A DNA stretch of 64,000 bases. It comes from Paraspadella gotoi (taxonomy: Eukaryota; Animalia; Chaetognatha). The notes beneath the pieces were generated by a model. It searched no databases. It worked only from the letters and a program-made list of their open reading frames with translations, and was not told the origin of the DNA. This document shows positions 26,380 to 41,100 of this stretch, piece by piece. Every line of letters begins with the position of its first letter. The first letter of the stretch is position 1. The stretch spans positions 12,826,124 to 12,890,123 of the forward strand of contig CM119265.1 of assembly GCA_051294375.1 (NCBI GenBank), read 5' to 3'. The position numbers were made by a program, and so were the translations under genes.

Positions 26380-29300
26380 TTTGTGTGCTCGTACGTCCGT
26401 TATCGAGACGATGGAATATTTTGACTACAAGATCATTTCCTCAGATACTGCATGGAATACAAATCTTGTTTACTACCAATGGAATAGGAAGAACAAAGAA
26501 AAAATTAATGATTGTTGATATATTAAACATTAAGATATTAAATATTTTTTAAATCAATGGAGAATTGAGATATATCGCTGCATTATTTGAGTGTGTTACA
26601 TAATATATGTGTTCAAGTGTTGCGTGGGGAAAAAAGAGAGAAAGAGAGAAAAAGAGAGACAAAAGAGCAAGAGAGAAAGAAAGAGAGAGAGAGAGAGAGA
26701 GAGTGATAGTACGTACCAGCGACCTAAAAAAAATATGGAAAGCCAAAGCAAATACGAAGATCTCTATCCCCCGGACATTTTGTTCCCCCGAAGGTGAAAA
26801 GTAGAAAACGGGGGGAGGGAAAAGAGAAAACGAGGGGAGGAATAAAAAGAGAGGAAAAAAACGAGAAGAGGAGGGAGGAAATAGGAAACGAGGGTGAAAG
26901 AGAATCGGAAAAGAGAAAAAAAGGTTAAAGATCAGAATGTCGGAACTTGGAACGGGGGGAAGAACGAAAGACAATGGGAAATGAGTAAAAGAAGAAGAGA
27001 AAAAGTAAAAGAAATGAGGGAAAAGATAAATGATATTCAAGGAAAATAAAATAAGGGAAAAGATTAAAAATGAGTTGAGAAGAGAAACGAGTGAGGAAAA
27101 GAGGGAGAGAGAATGAGAGAAACGCGGGGAGAGGGGAAAGAGATCGATTAAGAGGAAGAGAGGATCGACGACAGAGAAGACGAGGAATGAAAATGTCGGT
27201 GAGGACCGCAGATCGGGAAGAGGATGACGAGAAAGAAGAAGAATGAGAGGAGAGGGAAGAAAGAGTTACGGATGGAGATGGGAAGGTGGAGGTATGGTAA
27301 GTTAAAGATTATATAATGAAATGAGAGGAGGAGAGGGAAGAAATAGATAAGTCTGGAGATGGGAAGATATAAGTAAAGTTCGATAAAGATTACTAACCGG
27401 GATGAGAGAAGTTAACATTATAGAGATGACAATGTCAAGAGGAAAATCTGAGGAACGATAATTTCGGTTTTGAGGAGGAGATCAAGGAGGAGAACGAAGA
27501 GGAGGAGGAGGAGGAGGAGGAGGCAGGGAGGAGTCGTATACCCCGTACGTACATGATACCCTTTTGTTGAAATATGAGGGACACGGGGCCAAGAGCCTCT
27601 CTTTCTTATGCGTCTCTCTTTCCCAAGAGTAAAGTCGAACTTTTGAAAAGATGGAGAACTCGGACCAGAGGAGGAAGGCAGAGAGGGAGTGAGGAAGGGA
27701 GGAAGGGAGGGGAAGGGAAAAGAGGAGGTAGGGATGAAGGAAGGAGGGGAAGAAGGAGGAGGAATGCGAAAAGAGGAATGAGGTAGAGTAGAGACTATTA
27801 TTAAGTTGAGTTGAGACAATGGAATTTGAAAAATGTAAAACTGAGAGGTGATTACTGATTACTGATAAGTGATGAGTGATAAAAAATGAAAGGGAATTAG
27901 GGGGAAAAATGAGAAGTGATAACTGACAAGTAATAAATATTAAATTCTATGATTACATCCAAACAGTGTTAGCTGATTAGAACATTACTAGATAAATAGT
28001 AAATAAAAGTTTCAGGATGTCTTATATTGAGACTGTGTATTTTTACGAACTTAACGGGAAACTCTTTGAACCCTCCAGACACCTCCTCGCGACTTTGGCT
28101 CGTGAAGTCTGAATCGTGAAACGAATTCCATTTCTGCCAGAATCTGTAGGAGGAAACAAACAAAAACCGTCTTATGTATTCCATAGTCGAGGAAAAATGG
28201 GGATAGAGACTATCGGGTGTGGAAAAACAGAGTAAAGAGAAGGGAAAGTGTTGATAATCAATAAGAGAGAGAGAGAAGAAATAGGTAATAAAAAAAATCA
28301 GAAAAGCAGATGGCACGGTATAGATGTGGTTAAAGGGGTTAGAAAAAAAGCGGATGAGAAGGAGAAAGGAGAAGAAAGTAGAAGCTTAGATCAAAAGGGA
28401 AGAAACTAAAAAAAAAAAAAGAAATAAGAAAACAGAAAAGAGACGCAAACGGGCGTTGCGAGCCAATTCTTGTTGCAACTCTGTCGGGACAAATATTCGC
28501 ATTGGAGATTTCTTCTCATTTTCCCTTTCTTGTATTTTCCTTATTTTTTTCCTTTTTCTTTTCTTTTCTTTCTCTCGTTCCAGTCTCATCTATTAACGCT
28601 TTCAGAGGTACATGGATATCATTATCATTTCAATCATTAACTCATCATTAAACCAACTGTGACCACAAAAACATCCTGATAAAGAAAAATGAAAGAAAAC
28701 GGTTGGGCGGCGATGAAAATTCCGCCCCCTACAAAATCTTGCCTTTGCCTTTCTCCGTTAATTTCTTCATTTCCATATGAATCAATTATGCTCGGTCAGG
28801 GCCCCGCAGGGCGAACTTCGACCGGTGGAGGCCGAGGGAGCCGTTTTTTTTTCTTTTCCATCCATATTTATCTGTTTTCATTTCAGTTCTTCTTTTTTTC
28901 TTAGCCTATTTTTCTTTCTTTTTCTTTTTCTTTTTCTTTTTCTTCCGACAAACTCGATACAAAGTAACCTACTGTACGTGAAACTGTGATACTGTTTAGT
29001 CTATGCTACACTTTTTACTTCAGACGCAACGTAATATAAGAGGACGCACAACGTATGGCGTTTCGCAAAAGGGAAACAGTTACTCAGGCTCCTCGGCTCC
29101 TAAATATAAATTGCCCTGCTGTACCTCTCTACCGTCTCACCGACCCTCGCCCGTCAATGCTTGAATCTTTCAAAGGCCAAACTTCAATGACCACAATCCA
29201 TCTCGTGTCTCGACCACATCACCGAACATCGGCCACAACCTAATCCACCATCGGATCGACGAGACTCGACAAATCTTGGCTTTCGCTCGTCAGTGTCGGA

Positions 29301-31177
29301 TCCCCGGTTTCGCCGCCTTTTCCAGTATTGCTGCTGCTTTCGCCGCCTTCCCCGCCTTCTTTCGCCGCCAACGATTCTCTCCAATTTTTTCTTAACCTTA
29401 GCACCTCCTTTTTCGACGATATCAGAATAGTAAGACACAAACGAGAGAATCTGTAGAGCTGATACAATTGTAGCAGTTTAACACAACCCACCAACGGTTC
29501 AGCCAACAGGCGCAGCTCTCTTGCCTCGTTTCTTTGAAATCGGTCGCAATGGTCAACGCCAATCGATTCCAGTTTGTGTTGAGAAACGAAAGTGAAGCGG
29601 AATCGATCCAGCGACAGTCGATCGCCCTCTCACGCCTTTTTCGCCGCCATCTTGTTTTTTTTTCCCGTCGTTGTTGTCTTTTGTTTCCCGGTTTCTTCAG
29701 AGCTTCTTTATCGCGCAACGCTATCGCTTCCGTGTTTGTTTGTTTTTCGCTTTTCCTTTTTCGGACGCCCGTTTTATCTCTCTCTCACCCTCGAGCCGAA
29801 AAAAGAGGCGGAGGGCGGCGGCGGCGGCGAAAGGACGAAGCACTTCCGCCGCCTTTGCCCCCCCCCCTTTAGAACCCCATTGCTTCGTAGATGGCAGCGT
29901 CGCAGCGGCGTTCCACAGCCGCGGCCGAGCCGCAGCGCCACCGGTTAACGGTCGGTGCTTTCCACGAAAATATTTTCACTTTCGCTAATAACCGTCGAAC
30001 GTTCCGAAAAACCCGGCGCCACGGGGAATTTGGGGGGAGGGGGGGGGAGAAAGAGGGGGGTCGATGGCATCGAGGAGAACGAACCGAGGTGAGGAAAAAA
30101 ACATGGAGCAACAAAAAGTGCAGGAGCTCAAAACTCATTTGACGATTATGCGACGCGAACTCACTTTTTCTCTTTTTAGTTGAGCCGCGAGTCATTCGGT
30201 CGGTCAGTCGGTTCATCCCACTTACGTTTGAAATGGTCAATTTGCTCATAATTTAGTAATACTGTATTACTTTAATAAATACTTGGTCGTAAGGTATGTA
30301 ATGCAAAATGTGAATACGTTTCATACTTTTGCAGTCATGTTTTTACTTAAAAATAAAAAATGATAAGATCAAAAAATCCAGCATAATCCAGCATCCAGTA
30401 TGGGCTTGCCTTCTGTAATATTTAGTAATCATATTAAAATTATGTGGATAATTTATCACGATATAGTTACGTTATTGTCGGGAAATCCATCATTAAAAAG
30501 TCCCTGAACTTGAACTTATCGGTTCTAGTTTTGTCTCGCTATCGCTCTCTCGCTCTTTCTTTATCTCTCATTCTTCCTCCCTTTCTCTTTCTCCCCCTCT
30601 CTCCCAATCACCTTCGTACGTGACTTTTCGTGGCATTTCCGGTTATGGCCGGGTCACCAAAGTCGCGTTTCGAATCGCTCCGACGGCAATGCCCATTGCC
30701 CTGCAGCAGTCCTCACTTTACTAACCTCCCTCCCCCCTCCACCCTTTCCCCCTCCACCCTTTCCCCCCCCCATTTGAGAACTCAAAGCGCAGGAGATTGA
30801 AACGCCATCGACGGACGACGCCGTTTCAAAACTCAAAAAGGTCGGCGTCACTAGTTTGTGGCGCCGCCGCTACAAACGATAACGCCTTCGTCGCTCGAGG
30901 GCTTTGTATTTCTAAACCTTCGCGTTTGACGTTTCCGACGCGCGGAGACTGAAAAGCGCTGCCTAAAAACTGTCCTTGCCCTCATTACCTTTTTTAGTTT
31001 TTCCCCTTTCTCCGCGGAAGGCGAAGAGTCGTTGCCAACTTCGCGTCTGGCCTTCGTCAAATGGCCGCCGCGCCCTCCGCTTCTTTCCGGTTCGCAACGC
31101 TATTTCACCGCCGCGCCTCAATCGACGAAACTTTCGACGATGATGGATGACGACGTCCGATTTCTAAAGTGTGTCTG

Positions 31178-31276
<99 letters not shown>

Positions 31277-32878
31277 AGCGCCACGGTGTACATCTCTCCC
31301 GTTCGAAGCGCCTCGGTCGATGAAAGATCGACGAGCGATCATAACGTTTATCTGGTAGTCGACGTCGTTATCGAGTTTGGGTCACGTGTTACCGGTGGAT
31401 TTCTGCCAAAGGTCAAACGCCAGAGAATGACCGACGTCATTCGTCATCGTCTCCTAGGATTCCGTGATCGAGACGAGTCGCTCTATCGAACGTCATTAGA
31501 GGAAAAGGACGAAGATGACGCTTCTCATCTTTGGGCGGCGGATTTGGACGAACGCGTCGCTCCCGAATCGACTTCCGATGAGCGGACTCCAGTTTTGTTT
31601 TCATGTGAAATTGTCTCAGTTATCATACTAACTTTTATGGTGAGCCCAAAAAAATTAGGAAAGCTTACTTTGCTTTTAACCACTAAATACATTTTATAAT
31701 TTGGAAAATTTTATAGACTTAAAAATACAAGCACCCCTATCGAAAAACTTGAAAGAAAAGATAATTAATGAACTTCAAAATGTTTTTCAATCGTAATAAT
31801 GTAAAAGTCAAAATGTAAAAAAATATAATGATGGCTTAACTTACATGTCCATTACTGCTAACATTTTTTTTTTACGGAAACACAAAAATTAAAAACAAAA
31901 CTGCTCATAGCCAGAGAGAGACATAGATACAGAGATTAGCCGAGTTGGTCAACGAACCAAATCAAGTGGGCGACCATTGACACTTAATTTTACTCCACTG
32001 ATCCGATAATTTATGGGGATTTCTAAGAGGAAAAACGTCGCTGACCGAATAAGCGAAAAAAATCCCCCAGATTCTCTCTGTTTTGTTTTCTTTGTTAGGA
32101 AGGAGGCGTTACTCTTGCTAAACGCTTTTTGAATGTAAAACGTGTAAGTTAATGTTAAAAAATTAAAAATGCTTTTTTGTGGAAGTTAAAAGGTTTTTTT
32201 GCAAGTAAATCCAAAAAATGTTTCCTCGGCGGTTGGAGATTGGAGAAGGCTGCGACGCCAGGGTGGCAGCGATGACTGCGAAGGGGGTGCCAGAGGCGTC
32301 GACGGCGGATGTGGAGGAGGAGTCGGCGGTGCGACGTCTGGAGGCTTTGCGCTAATCATCGCTAAATGAGATTACGATTCGTCGAGAGATAAAAAAAAAA
32401 CCGTTTCGTTTCCAGTGGGTCGTTTTATTTTTTTTTTATCCTATTATTTATGGAATTTTTCCCATTTTTTAAAATATTTTAAAGCCATATATATAGGAAT
32501 TCGTAAAATATACTATTTTCCTCGTTTTTCGGGTTTTTCGGGTTTTTAATCTAATTATTTTTGTTTGCTTTTTTTGTTTCGCAATGAGAGTAACCAAAAT
32601 AAGAATAATTTGCTTTTTAAAAAATGACATAATTAACAGCTAATAAAGTTAAAAATTATTTTTCTATTAAGACAATTTTCATAATTGAAAATTTTTTTTT
32701 AAAAAAATAAAAAAATAAAAAAATTAAAAATTAAAAATTAAAAAAAAATAAAAAAATAAAAAAACAAAAAAACAAAAAAAAAAAACATTACATGTCGTCT
32801 CTTTAATTCTCCGTTAAAAGTCAGAAGTGAATCGCGAATTCGTGAATTTGCGCGCGCGCGAATGACGCGTGGACGTAA

Positions 32879-32910
<32 letters not shown>

Positions 32911-34077
32911 TCTCTCGCAGCGCGTGAGGCGTGCGCGCTGGAGAGGGAGCGCGTGCAAAACGCACGCGTCGTTATGGTGTTCGGCTTCCTTCTCTTGGCG
33001 CGCGTCGTTCTATGCCGAAAGAGTCTGGGAGATGGAAAGAAGGGAAAGAAGGAAGGAAAGAAGAAAGGAAAGAAGTAAGGAAAGAAAGAATGAAGGAAAG
33101 AAGGAAAGAATGAAGGAAGAAAAGAAGGAATGAAGAAAAGAAGGAAGGAAAGAAAGAATGAAGGAAAGAAGGAAGAAAAGAAGAAATGAAGAAAAGAAGG
33201 AAGGAAAGAAGGAAGGAAGGAAAGAATGAAGGAAGAAAAGAAGGAATGAAGGAAGGAAAGAAGGAAGGAAAGAAGGAAGGAAGGGAAAAGGAAGATGGAA
33301 AGGGGGAAATGAGGGATTGAAACCGGAAAGAAAATATTATGAAGAATGGAATTACAGGAGGAAAGAAAATTCGATGATTGGAATTACAAAATATATGTAA
33401 TTTATTAATGAAATAAGGATTAAATTCAGCGAAAATAAAGTAAAAAAAGCAGTTGAAAATTTTGGTCTAAATAACAACAAAACGTGTAAAATACGAAAAA
33501 TAAATAATGTTTAAATGACTGTATTTGGATGAATGATATTTGAATGAATGATATCACATATCAGGATAAGAAAATTTATTGGTTGAGAAGGCTCGTTTTC
33601 TCTTTGCTTACTTTGAGTCAAGGAGAATGTTGAATGATGTTTATCTAATGTTTATCTAATGTTTATCTAATTTCTAGTTGAACAATATCAAGATACAAGA
33701 TATCAACGTCCTTTTTATTAGGATTATCTAACGTCGGTCTATGTATTCAAAAGGCTGCACCCAAATTATAACTAGAAAATTATCGGAAATTCAATGACTG
33801 TCGATCGGTCCTCTACAAGTTACGTATTAGTACTAGTTTACTACCTTTGCTTTCAAGTCGACGCTGGGCACCAGAATATGGGGGAGAACAGCAGAGACTG
33901 CTGTTACTCTTCTGTTGCGGACCTGAGGGCGACGATTCGTGAAATCGTTACGTCACTTTCCCCCGTCACTTATTACGCAACGAGAGAAGCGATGAGTGGG
34001 AAGAGAAAAAATGGCGACGACGGAGAGAGAAAGAGATAACACAAGATAATGCCGCTTTTATATAGAAATCTACAAAT

Positions 34078-34123
<46 letters not shown>

Positions 34124-34125
34124 GA

Positions 34126-34161
<36 letters not shown>

Positions 34162-34167
34162 AGAGAG

Positions 34168-34203
<36 letters not shown>

Positions 34204-34456
34204 AGAGACAGAATAAAAAGGAAAAAGGCATAAAAAAAACGGCAACACGAGGCAATGAAAAAAGGGAAGAGAAATATAACACCGCCGTGTTCCGTTATTG
34301 TTAGTTTTATTGAGTCGTTTAAAGAACTCGGTTTTATCCAAGAGAAGCGAGATGGAAATTGAAAACACAGTATGGGTTGTTCGGGTTATGCTTGTCTGCT
34401 TTAAGGTCTTATTTCTTTTTTCCTTTCCTTTTAATTCAGTCAATAACATTCTTCTC

Positions 34457-34494
<38 letters not shown>

Positions 34495-35100
34495 TCTCTC
34501 TCTCTCTCTCTCTCTCTTTCCCTCTCTCTCTCTCTCTCTTTCCCTCTCTCTCTCTCTCTTTCTTGATCCCAATTTCGCTGTTCTTTTAGCTTTTTTCGGG
34601 GTTTCTCTCTTTTTCCTTAAATGGGAATTTAATCAGTGTCAAAGTTTCATTTTTCTTCTCTGCTCCTTTTCTCGTCCTTGTTGCCTCCCAACGGATTTAG
34701 CTTTTTTTTTCTCTTCCTTTTTTCGGCTCGTTTTCTTTTCATTATCTTTCTTTTCCTTTCATTTTTATTATTTTTTAAATTTTTTTACTTTCTTTATATA
34801 TTCTTAAGTCACTTTTCAGTCGGTCCGACGGTCCGTCCCTCGGTATAGTATAGTTGATTGCTCATTTGTTAAGACAAAAATTTTACAATGACCATTGTCT
34901 TTAAATTATCAATAATTTCTTATTTTTCCATCGCTTGATCGTCTTTGTTCTTTCCCATAAAAATAATAATAGTAATAATGATAAAAATAATAATAGTATC
35001 ATTAATGATAAGAACAATAATAATTAGGAATGAGGGTAATTAATGATAAGAACAATAATAATTAGGAATGAGGGTAATTCAAATAATAGTAATTCCAATC

Positions 35101-35136
<36 letters not shown>

Positions 35137-38100
35137 TAAAAATAATAATAGTAATAATGATAAAAATAATAATAGTATCATTAACGATAAGAATAATAAT
35201 AATTAGGAATAAGGGTAATTCCAATAATTTTAATCTGGTATTTATGCCTTTCTATTTATGATCAGTTAAAAAAAAAAATTGACAAGTTTCTGTCTATGAC
35301 TTAAAAAAAAAAAAGAGGCAATGGCCTAGTATAAATGTTAGGTACCATAATGAATTAATGATATTATTAATGATAGTATTTACTTTTTTTTTCATTTGCC
35401 AAGTTTCTGTCTATGACTAAAAAAAAAATGGCAAATGGCCTAGTGTAATGATAATATTCACTCATGATTTTCATTGATATATTTAATACTTTTCCAATTT
35501 GCAATGTCCGCAATGATCCTTAATTGTTTGAATTTTATTTTTTGTTGCCATTAGTGCAATTTTTCTTGCTCAATACTCATCGTTTAATCGTTTAATCTTC
35601 TTATTGTCTTAATTGTCAAATTGTCTTTTTTATTTCAGAAAAAAAAAAAAAATTGTTCTTTCCCATAGATTAGTCTGTGTTCGCCTGTGTTCGTCTTTGT
35701 TCGCTGTTTTCCTCGTTCGCCACAGAGCATCTTTCGACACGGCCGCGAGATGTTTGCATAAACGATTCGTAGTGTCCATCATCGTCTTCATCATCTTCCT
35801 CTTCCTTCTTATTCTTCCTCTCCTTCCTCTCCTTCCGATTTTTTCTTTTTTCTTCTTCCTCTTCTTCTTGCCCTGTAATCTTTTTTCGGACTCAACTTAG
35901 CATCATTCGCCTGTAAAATTCGTGCGCGATTCTTGGTCATTTTATTCAAACGAGCTTTCCCTATTGACTTCAAGGCAGACAGAAGCAGTCCAATGATTGT
36001 CTACAGCTGACCTTTGACCGACTAAATCAAACAAATCTCACTTTTTCTTCCATCATTTTAACATCTATTCACTGGTTTAATCCAGAGTACTTTCATTATC
36101 TGTCCCATATGGCAGTGATAAGCCACGCATTTTCAATTCCGTGTCACTTCCGGATCCTCGCAAATGTTTTTCATACTCTTTGTTGTCACCGCTTTATCAA
36201 ACAAAAATAAACAAAAGAATCATATCTCATCCCGACTTCATTATTATTTTCTTTGAAGAGAAGGGTTTCCCACTTATCACCTTTTATCACAGACATATTT
36301 TTTCATCGCTCCAAACGTCATTAGCGTCAAATGCTCTTTCCGTCTCTCCGTCTCCATTAGTCCTTCGATATTTCGTATCTTTTCATTATCGCTCTTTCAG
36401 CGGCTCCTAATCTTAGGCGGATCCTTCGTAGTTCCCTTCGATTATTCATTCCGAGTTTTGGTCTGTTTGCTTCGCTCATTCAATAGGCTCGATTTATATC
36501 AAACTATTTTTTACGCCGTTGGTGTCGTCGTCGTCGTTGTTCTCTGCGATAGAGGTTTTTGATCTCGGCTGCTTTGCCTTTGGAGATTCAACGAGAAACT
36601 TTATATCATTATATACGTAAATATGTTCGCTTGTACACTCTTTAAAAAGATTTTATAATCGGTTTAGTTAAAAAAAATTTTTCTACAATTTTGAATCTAC
36701 TTATTGGTTGTACCAATTTTATTAGTAATAGTATAACTTGTAAGTTCGTAACTTACCTCATCTTATCTTTCTGATTACTGATAACTAATGAAGAGTGATT
36801 AAAAATATTTCGAGAAGACCAAACTTAAATCTCCCTCAAAAACTATCGATGTATAAATAAAATAATTTTAAACTTATAATTATATATGAATGACGGAAAT
36901 AAAACATTCCCGCTTAAAATGGCGTGATTTTAATTTCGTGCGTTCATAATGTCGCAAGGGGTACAGTATAACAATCGCAACGTCAATAGACAATAGACAA
37001 TACTGTTTCTCTTCGCAAGAAGCACCGCACACGGCACAATCTCCCATCCCGCCCCGGCCTCTCCTCTCAGCTTCTCGACGAACCATAAATCTAGTTATTT
37101 GCTTTTTTCCCTGGCGTCGCCTTAATTCTCCTTTTTATTTGCTCTTTTATTTTTCGCGGCTCGCGTGTCAAGGGAGCCTCCGCCGCGAGGGTCGCTGTCG
37201 TCTGCCGTGCTGCGATATCGAGGCTTAGGCCTCAGCTTTCGACTCGGACCAGACGTCGCCGCTCAGCGCCACCAGGTGTTGGAGAAGGATTAGTAGAGGA
37301 GGCGTTAGGGTGGAGGGGAGAGAGAGCCGAGGGATTTAAAAGAATTGATAACCCTCTTCGTAGAAAATTTTTTTTGTTCGAGTTCGAGTTCGAGTTTTCA
37401 GATGTATTAATTATCGTTGAGAATTAAAGTGATGTGATTCTGACATTATTGATTAATGACCTACTATAAAATAAGAGAAAAATACTGGTGAATGATAATG
37501 CTCACCCAGTTGCTTCGCTTAAGTTAAGAATCTTTAACCAAGGAGAAAAATATTGAAAAATTAACTGTTAAAAGAATAAATTTGGTTCACTATTCATTTT
37601 TAAAACTATTGTTGTCTTTAGTCTTCTGAATCGGTTATAATGAATAAATTATACTACTATTTTTCATTGAGAAACCAACGATATCGAGCGATGATGATCC
37701 CGCCTCTTCGTTGAATTACACTTCTTGCAACAACAACAAAAAATTGGGTCACAATCATCCGCGAGAAGTGATAAAGATCGAACATTCGCGCGTTTACGCC
37801 AAAATTTTTTTACTGTACAAGTGAAAATTTAGAAGAAAAAAAAATTTGGGAACGATAATGGGATACGTTTAACCAATTAGTTATTTACTAATAATATTCT
37901 TATCATATTCATTTCATGTATTACAAATCTAGTCGACGTTTTCCCGTTTTCGAGCAAAAGTTATCAAGGACGTTTTTTCTCGTTCACCAACCCGCCGGCC
38001 ACATCGCTTCGACTCTCGCGAAGCCTCGACGGCGGCCGAGTATCTTCTCCAGTCGTCCGAAACTGAAACACAAACAGGTGAACAGAGGGTCTCGAAAATT

Positions 38101-38143
38101 CAGTTCGAGCGGAGCTTGCTGTTCGCGTCTCCCGTCAAAAACG

Positions 38144-41100
38144 ATGGGCGTGGCCAAAGACGACGACGCGACGACTGGCCACGACATCGCGGAGACTAAC
38201 GTGAAATTCACGACGAAACAACGAGAGAAGATCGAAATTGACGTCAGCTGGACCATTGGAGAATTTTCTAGCCGAATTAGAAATCGGGAAACGGTTTCCT
38301 ACGAGAAGGTGAGTTTTTAAAAAAAGTAACGAGAATAAAATGCAAGACCCATTTTGGAAAATAACGTAACCGAAAATGTCAAGTCGCTGTGATGCGATAG
38401 TATCGCGATAGTATTGCGATACGGATAAGTGGCAAGTAATCTTTGTAGGAGTTGGATCTGGACCGGTTCTCCGAATCGCCAGTCGCCTACGATTCTTGCC
38501 TCATCTTCGCCGATCATCGTCCGCGACTCATTCTCACGGCGACCTTTGACGCCGCCGGACTTAACATCGCGCCCGGAGTCATCGACGTCGACGATGACGT
38601 CCGCGTCGGCGTCGATGTCTTCGTCCAAAGCGACTCCGGTCAGAGGATGAAGATGATCGACGAAAGAGTCGCCTACGAAGAATTGTTGAGCCCGAGGTCT
38701 TTTGATTCGAAGTTTGTAGAGAAACTTACTACGTAAACTCGTAAATACATTTTAAATTAAAAAAAAAAACTTTGAATAACTGTACGAATAAAATCATTAA
38801 TGCCTAAACTTTTTATCAAAAACTTAGACAAATGTCTTAACATTTTTGTAGTGTTTTATTGGTAGGCAGGTTCTCAAGTACTCAGGAATAATATTAAAAA
38901 TACAACTCCTTAGTAATTCCGTTCCCTCCGCCTGGGTCAACAAAGATTCGCTCTTCCTCCGTTGCTTAGCGACGCTTACGTTCGAATCGAGCGAATGCTG
39001 GGCGCTTTTGGATCGCGGGGCTTACCGACTGGACGACGCAGGATTTGACCTCAAGAGCCGAAAGAAGAACAGGATTGAGTGCATGAAGTAAAACTACTAA
39101 TTAAATCTAAACGATCTTGAGGTCGAGAATCGGGCTTGCTGATAAGCCTAATAATTTATGCCATTCTCTACCCCGCAGCATCTTGTCCAACGTTTTGAGC
39201 GCTGTCCCTACCGACGTCGTCCTGCGCGTCGAGGGCAAGAAGGTCTCAGCCCACAAGACGGTCCTGGCGGAGCATTCGGGCGTCATCGCCGCGATGGTTC
39301 GCGCCAACTCGAAATTTTCTGAGATCGAGATCGAAGACGTTTCCCTGGCGGCGGTGAAGGAATTCAAGGTGTGGGAGAAACACAAGGGTGATTTCGAATT
39401 GCTAAATCTTATTGAAATTCCATCCTATTTCCAGGTGTTCTGCTACACCGGGGAAGTGCCCAACGTCTCAACCCTCAGCGAAGAGCTTCTGTTATTCTGC
39501 GACAGCTACGCCATCGAGACGCTGGCCCGCCTCCTCGACGGCTTCATGGCACGGCGGTTGACGGTAGGCGGGGCCGTCCGCTCTCTGCTTTTGGCCGATT
39601 GCCACAAGAGGGAGGACTTGCGCGCTCGCTGCCTTACCTTCATCGTCAAGAATCACGACGGGGTTTTCGCGACGGAGGCGTGGCAAAAGATGAGAGAGTT
39701 TTCGCGCGAGTTGTACGACGAAGTGACAGAGAAGGTGGCGGAGGCGGGGGCCCAAGGTAACGGCGACGCCGACTCCGAGGGAATATGCGCCCACGATGCC
39801 GAGGAGAACGCGACTAACAATTCCAGCGAAGTCGACGCAGAGGGCGTCATGAGCGACGGCCGGTCGAACGCCGACGCCGGATTCGCTGCCACGTCGATGC
39901 CGTTGCCCAACTTCGGTTCAATCGCAGGGTTCCCAAACCAACAGGGTATGCCCGCGGGAAACCCATTCGGTTTCGGTGGACAGGAATTTTTCGCCAACAA
40001 TCCTCAAACGATGGGATTTTCAAGCGGAATGCCGACTATGCCAGTAATGCCCGGCATGCCCGGCATGCCGTTAATGGCTGACTTTAATCGGTGGATGCAG
40101 CCATCCATGCCGATGACGCCCATGCACCCTCAATATCCGTACATGCAGACAAATCAACAAATTGGACCGTATCAACTTAATTCTGGAAGACAAGTGCCAA
40201 ATATGAGCGGCCTGGCCGGCCAGCATGGGATGCATAACCAGACTGGTGTCCCTGGACAACCGCTCAACCCTTCAAATCCTCTTCGACCCGATGGACGACA
40301 ACCCCCGCTTGGCCAAATGCCGCCAACACCAGCGGCCAGCGGCCCGCCCAAAATCAACGCGACAGCTCAGAATCAAGTTCCGATGATGGAAGGGCAATCC
40401 CCGTTCACGGATCCGCGGATTAACCAAATAATCGCCTCGTTGCCTCCCATCCCCACGGTCGAACCAGGGACCTTCGTGCAAAATCAAAACCTGAATCCCA
40501 GTTTGGACTCGATCGCCAAGATCATCTCGGACCACGACAAGTTCATGCGCTCGTTGATTCCCGAGGAAAGTAGCGAAGAGAAAAAACCGGCGGAAGGGCG
40601 GGCGCCGGTCGCTGACTCTGCTACGCCGAAAAAGGAGCCAGCAAAAACCATGAGCGAGCGAAAAATTGAAAGAATCGCAACGATGCCATCGCAAGATGAC
40701 AAACCGAATGCCCCACAAAAAGTCGTTAAGGTCGAAAAAATAACCAGTTTAGAAATAAAAAATAGTGACGTAACAATTGAGGCTGTCAAAGCGGATGATG
40801 ATATTAATTCGAAAAAGGAGAAGAGTACGCAAAAAAGTCCCGAGTTAATCGAGCAGAAAGTCGAAAAGACAAGCGCCGAAGAAAAGAGAAAGGAAAAAGA
40901 TGAAACGAAAACAAGTAGCAACATCTCCATGGAAAGGGGAGAAGTGTCAAAGACTCTCGAACGGCGAATTCACACTGAAAAAGAGAAGATTAACCATCGA
41001 GCAATCAAAAGCGAACGGGAACAGGACGAAAAAAAAACCGATGCTTTCGTAGAAAGAGACGAACAAGAGGATGAGAATGATACGGAGTGGTACCGAAAAC

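Noticed and set aside
31169-31699. 176-aa ORF after a (TC)n tract
   Set aside because: No clear start or splice acceptor and no family resemblance; compatible with chance in CpG-rich DNA, though not fully excluded.
671-35300. Numerous ORFs with SLSLSL, RERERE, DDDD, TTTT or FFFF runs
   Set aside because: They are translations of stop-free (GA)n, (GAC)n and purine-rich microsatellites, with no domain content.
39117-39178. 5' end of the 678-aa ORF as the protein start
   Set aside because: The TTG start lies in an intron; the spliced model from ATG 38144 supplies the MATH-like region.
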